Translations under genes and position numbers: made by a program
Notes under the pieces: model-generated
What the model was told of the DNA's origin: nothing
What the model saw: only the letters and a program-made list of their open reading frames with translations
Database searches by the model: none
Assembly (NCBI RefSeq): GCF_004010195.1
Contig: NC_057753.1
Coordinates: forward strand, 3,255,514 to 3,319,513
Source of the DNA: Chiloscyllium plagiosum
Lineage: Eukaryota
Direction of reading: 5' to 3'
DNA length: 64,000 nucleotides
Shown: piece by piece, positions 60,133 through 64,000 of the stretch
Position numbering within the stretch: the first letter of the stretch is position 1
Layout: the number at the start of each line of letters is the position of its first letter

Positions 60133-60640
60133 TCGCCCTATTATAGGAAAGATGTGGATGCTTTGGAGAGGTTTCAGAGGAGGTTTACCAGGATGCTATC
60201 TGGAATGGAGGGCTTATCTTATGAAGAGAGGTTGACTGAGCTTGGACTTTTCTCATTGGAAAAAAGAAGGAAGAGAGGGGACTTAATTGAGGTGTACAAG
60301 ATAATGAGAGGCATAGATAGAGTTGATAGCTAGAGACTTTTTCACAGGGCAGAAATTGTTAACACAAGGGGTCATAGTTTTAAGCTGTTTGGCGGAAAGT
60401 ATAGAGGGGATGTCAGAGGTGGTTTCTTTACGCAGAGAGTTGTGAGAACATGGAATGCGTTGCCAGCAGCAGTTGTGGAAGCGAGGGCATTGGGGATATT
60501 TAAGAGACTGCTGGACACGCATATGGTCACAGATATTTGAGAGTTCGTACACTAGGTTTACCTTACATGAGGATCAATGGTCGGCACAACATTGTGGGCT
60601 GAAGGGCCTGTTCCGTGCTGTACTGTTCTATGTTCTATTA
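60133..60640 (+). mobile_element. CR1 3' fragment
   Basis: SPYYRKDVDALERFQRRFTRML...RGDLIEVYKIM. Confidence 0.88.
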
Positions 60641-60689
60641 AAGAATAGGATCATGGACTAAGCTCAAGCTTAGCATGACATACAGTAGG

Positions 60690-61180
60690 AGAATCATAGA
60701 ATCCCGACAGTGCAGGGAGAGCCCATTCAGCCGACGCCAATTCTTCAAAGAGCACTCTGCCAGCCTATCCCCATAAACCCACATTTACCATCGCTAACCC
60801 ACCTAACACAATATCAGGCAAAATAGCATGTCCGATTCACCTAACACACACATCTTTGGACTGTGGGAAGAAACGGTGGCTAAGTGGTTAGCACTGCTGC
60901 CTCACAGCACCAGGGTCCCAGATTCGATTCCAGCCTCGGGCCACTGTCTGTGTGGAGTTTGCACATTCGCCCCTCCCGCGTCTGTGTGGCTTTCCTCTGG
61001 GTGCTCTGGTTTCCTCCCACATTCCAAAGATGTGCAGGTTAGGGTGAATCGGCAGTGCTAAATTGTCCCTAGTTGTTAGGTGCATTAGTCAGGGGGGTGG
61101 GTGGGTTACTCTTCGGAGGGTCGGTGTGGACTGGTTGGGCCGAAGGGCCTGTTTCCACACTGTAGGGAATCTAATCTAAT
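60690..61180. mobile_element. Two adjacent HE1-type SINEs (partial - at 60690-60870, + at 60872-61180)
   Basis: V-domain matches on both strands. Confidence 0.8.
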
Positions 61181-61365
61181 CAAGCAAAGATCCAAATCCA
61201 TTAAAAAGATTTGACAGATTATTTAACACAGCCGATTTATTTAACATTTACCGAGGATGTTAACATTTATAACTGGGCTGGAGTTTATTAACCTGAACAG
61301 CAAGCAATCCCGATGTACACAGATATGTGCTGGATGTGATTCACAGCAAAATCCAACTGCTGTCA

Positions 61366-62151
61366 TCACTTGTGAACATGCTGGTGTCTCAGCAGGTGAG
61401 ATGTCCGATTGAATTTCTTCCCACACTCCGAGCAGGTGAACGGTTTCTCCCCGGTGTGAGCCTGCTGGTGTCTCAGCAGGGTGGAGGACTGAGTGAATCT
61501 CCTCCCACACACTGTGCAGATAAAGGGCTTTTCCCCAGTGTGAACTCGCTGATGTTCAGTGAGTTGGGATGTTCGCCTGAACCCAGTCCCACAGTTAGTG
61601 CACCTGAACGGTTTCTCCTCGGTGTGAACGCGTTGGTGGGTGACCAGTGCCCCAGAGCTTTTGAAGCACTTCCCACAGTCTGGGCATTTAAAGGGTCTCT
61701 CTTCGGTGTGAACACGTCCGTGGTGCATCCGCTCCCCAGAGCTTTTGAAGCACTTCCCACAGTCCGGACACTTAAAAGGCCTCTCCTCGGTGTGAACGCG
61801 TTGGTGGGACATCAGATCACTGGAACTCCTACAGCACTTCCCACAGTCTGCACACTTAAAAGGTCTCTCCTCAGTGTGAATCCGCTGGTGATTCAGCAGG
61901 CTGGATGACTGAGTAAAGCCCTTCCCACACGCACAGCAGGTGAATGGCCTCTCTCCGGTGTGATTCCGTCGATGGGATTCCAGTTCAGACGGGTAACTGA
62001 ATCCCTTCCCACAGTCCCCACATTTCCATAGCTTCTGCCCAGTGGGGCTGCACTCATGTCCCGAAAGGCTAGGTGGTCGACTGAAGTCTCGTCCACACCC
62101 ACAACACATGTACGGTTTCTCCGCCCTGTGAACGGTGGTCGTTCCTTTCAT
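61366..62151 (-). CDS. C2H2 zinc-finger protein (gene G), 1 degenerate plus 8 intact fingers
   Basis: ATG at 62151 ([14 protein letters not shown]). A degenerate finger (CCGC...HECSP) precedes [23 protein letters not shown]. Ends HQHVHK-stop. Acceptor tttcacag|gatgta at 62254-62253. Confidence 0.93.
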   Translation of the reverse strand: MKGTTTVHRAEKPYMCCGCGRDFSRPPSLSGHECSPTGQKLWKCGDCGKGFSYPSELESHRRNHTGERPFTCCACGKGFTQSSSLLNHQRIHTEERPFKCADCGKCCRSSSDLMSHQRVHTEERPFKCPDCGKCFKSSGERMHHGRVHTEERPFKCPDCGKCFKSSGALVTHQRVHTEEKPFRCTNCGTGFRRTSQLTEHQRVHTGEKPFICTVCGRRFTQSSTLLRHQQAHTGEKPFTCSECGKKFNRTSHLLRHQHVHK

Positions 62152-62614
62152 AATCAAAATCCAAACCCAGGTTACAGTAAATGGTGTCTTTCAGTTAGAG
62201 TTTTGATGTTTGGTTTCAGATTTCCGATTACAAATCCTCCCTTCCTTACATCCTGTGAAATTGATTCAAAATAGAGAAGGCAGTCAGAGAGAGAGTAACA
62301 AAAGTAGGTTTTCACGAATGTACTTCAGAGAAGGGAACCAATCACTAAGGTCAGACCTGGGAAGATTCTGGCTACTGGGAGGGGAGAGAGGTAAGGAAGA
62401 GGGAGTTTATACATCCACAGCTGTATGTAACTCAACAAGAAATTTGATAAAACTTCCTAAACCCTGAACCTCCCCCACACAGATGGACCAGGACAGCAGG
62501 TATTTGTGAACATCATCACTTCCAAGTTATCTCCAAATCATACGCTTGTCTGGATGAAGCAGAAATTTCCGATTGAAAATACAATTAAATATACTGATTT
62601 CCTCTTAAAGTTAC

Positions 62615-63430
62615 AGAGATATCCAGCACAGAAACAGACCCCTTCGGACCAACCCGTCCATGCCGACCAGATCTCCAAACCTAATCTAGTCCCACCTACC
62701 AGCACCCGGCCCATATCCCTCCAAACCCTTCTCATTCACATACCCATCCAGATGCCTTTTAAATGCTGTAATTGTACCAGCCCCCCCACCACTTCCTCTG
62801 GCAGCTCATTCCACACAAGTACCACTCTCTGCGTGAAAACGTTCCCCTTAGGTCTCTTTCATATCTTTCCTCTCTCACCCTAAACTTATGCCCTCCAATT
62901 CTGGACTCCCCCAACCCGGGGAACAGACTTTCTCTATTTATCCTGTCCATACCCCTCATGACTTTATAAACCTCTATAAGGTCGCCCCTCAGCCTCTGAC
63001 ACTCCAGGGAATACAGCCATATCCTATTCAGCCTCTCCCTATAGCTCAAACCCTGGCAACATCCTTATAAATCTTTTCTGAACCTTATCAAGTTTCGCAA
63101 CATCTTTCCAATAGGAAGACCAGAACTGCACGCAATATTCCAAAAGTGGCCTAACCAATGTCCTGTACAGCCACAACATGACCTCCCAACTCCGGTACTC
63201 AATACTCTGAACAATAAAGGAAAGCATATCAAACGCCTTCTTCACTATCCTATCTACCTGCGACTCCACTTTCAAGGAGCTATGAACCTGCACTCCAAGG
63301 TCTCTTTGTTCAGCAACACTCCCTAGGACCTTACCATTAAGTGTATAAGTCCTGCAAAGATTTGCTTTCCCAAAATGCAGCACCTCATATTTATCTGAAA
63401 TGAACTCTGTCTGCCACTCCTCAGCTCATT
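62615..63430 (-). mobile_element. CR1 (HER1-like) 3' fragment
   Basis: LHFGKAN...LYRTLVRPLLEYCVQFWS and SYRERLNRIWLYSLE. Confidence 0.9.
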
Positions 63431-63794
63431 CAGTCTCTTCATCACCAAGATTGTCTTTTTCCACCTCAGTAGGTTTATGCACTCCGTCCCAGTCTCTACT
63501 CATCTGCCTTTGAAGCTTCCAATCATTTGTTTGTTAGCTCCAGACCATCTCTCACATTCAACCTTCAGGTCACCCAAACTCTGCTGCATGGACCCTCACT
63601 CACACCGAGTGCTGCTTACCCATTGCCCTGTGTTCACGGCACACACAAACCCCAGCTAGGAAGCACCAAAAGATGACGATTCTCATTCCTTGCTTTCAAA
63701 TCCCTCCATGGCTGCCACCACCATTATCTCTGCAATCACCTCTGTACAGTCAGCGCTCTGAGATTAACTGGTGGAAGTAAACACACAAATGAAA

Positions 63795-63915
63795 GCACAA
63801 TACTGCAGATCAAACAATAACTGTGAGTAGCCAGAGAAACTCAGGAGGTCTGGCAACATCTGTAGGGAGGGGAACAGTTAACGTTTTGAGTCCAATAAGA
63901 CTCTTTTTCAGCTCT
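63795..63915 (-). mobile_element. Degenerate Penelope-like terminus, family 3-like
   Basis: actcaggaggtctggcaacatctg...agttaacgttttgagtccaataagactctttttcag. Confidence 0.5.
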
Positions 63916-64000
63916 TTTTGTTTTATTTCAAAAGGAATTAACTTGTGTTTAATATAATAAAACAGGTGAACACACTGCATTTAAAATAAGCTTAATACAC

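Overview
Vertebrate genomic DNA, most likely a shark (inferred from HE1-type V-SINEs and HER1/CR1 LINEs), with several N gaps. The window is part of a tandem C2H2 zinc-finger gene cluster. There are five apparently intact genes (A at 1251 +, running into a gap; B at 18354 +; E at 47635 -; F at 50840 +; G at 62151 -), one pseudogene at 28991 and a decayed head-to-head cassette at 33900-36150. The encoded proteins are bare finger arrays with no visible KRAB, SCAN or BTB domain. They share a near-invariant first finger ((W/L)xCxDCxxxFxxPS(E/Q)LExHRRxH) and end in HK-stop. Most of the remaining sequence is repeats: CR1, L2 and Rex1 LINE fragments, HE1 SINEs, a pogo/Tigger MITE, solo-LTR-like pieces, a Gmr1-like Gypsy gag relic and a 2.4-kb perfect 40-bp minisatellite. 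There are also many Penelope-like element termini, in three families, that carry minimal type-I hammerhead ribozyme motifs. One of these has an intact core and lies in sense orientation in the putative 3' UTR of gene B. Repeat boundaries were read by eye and are approximate.
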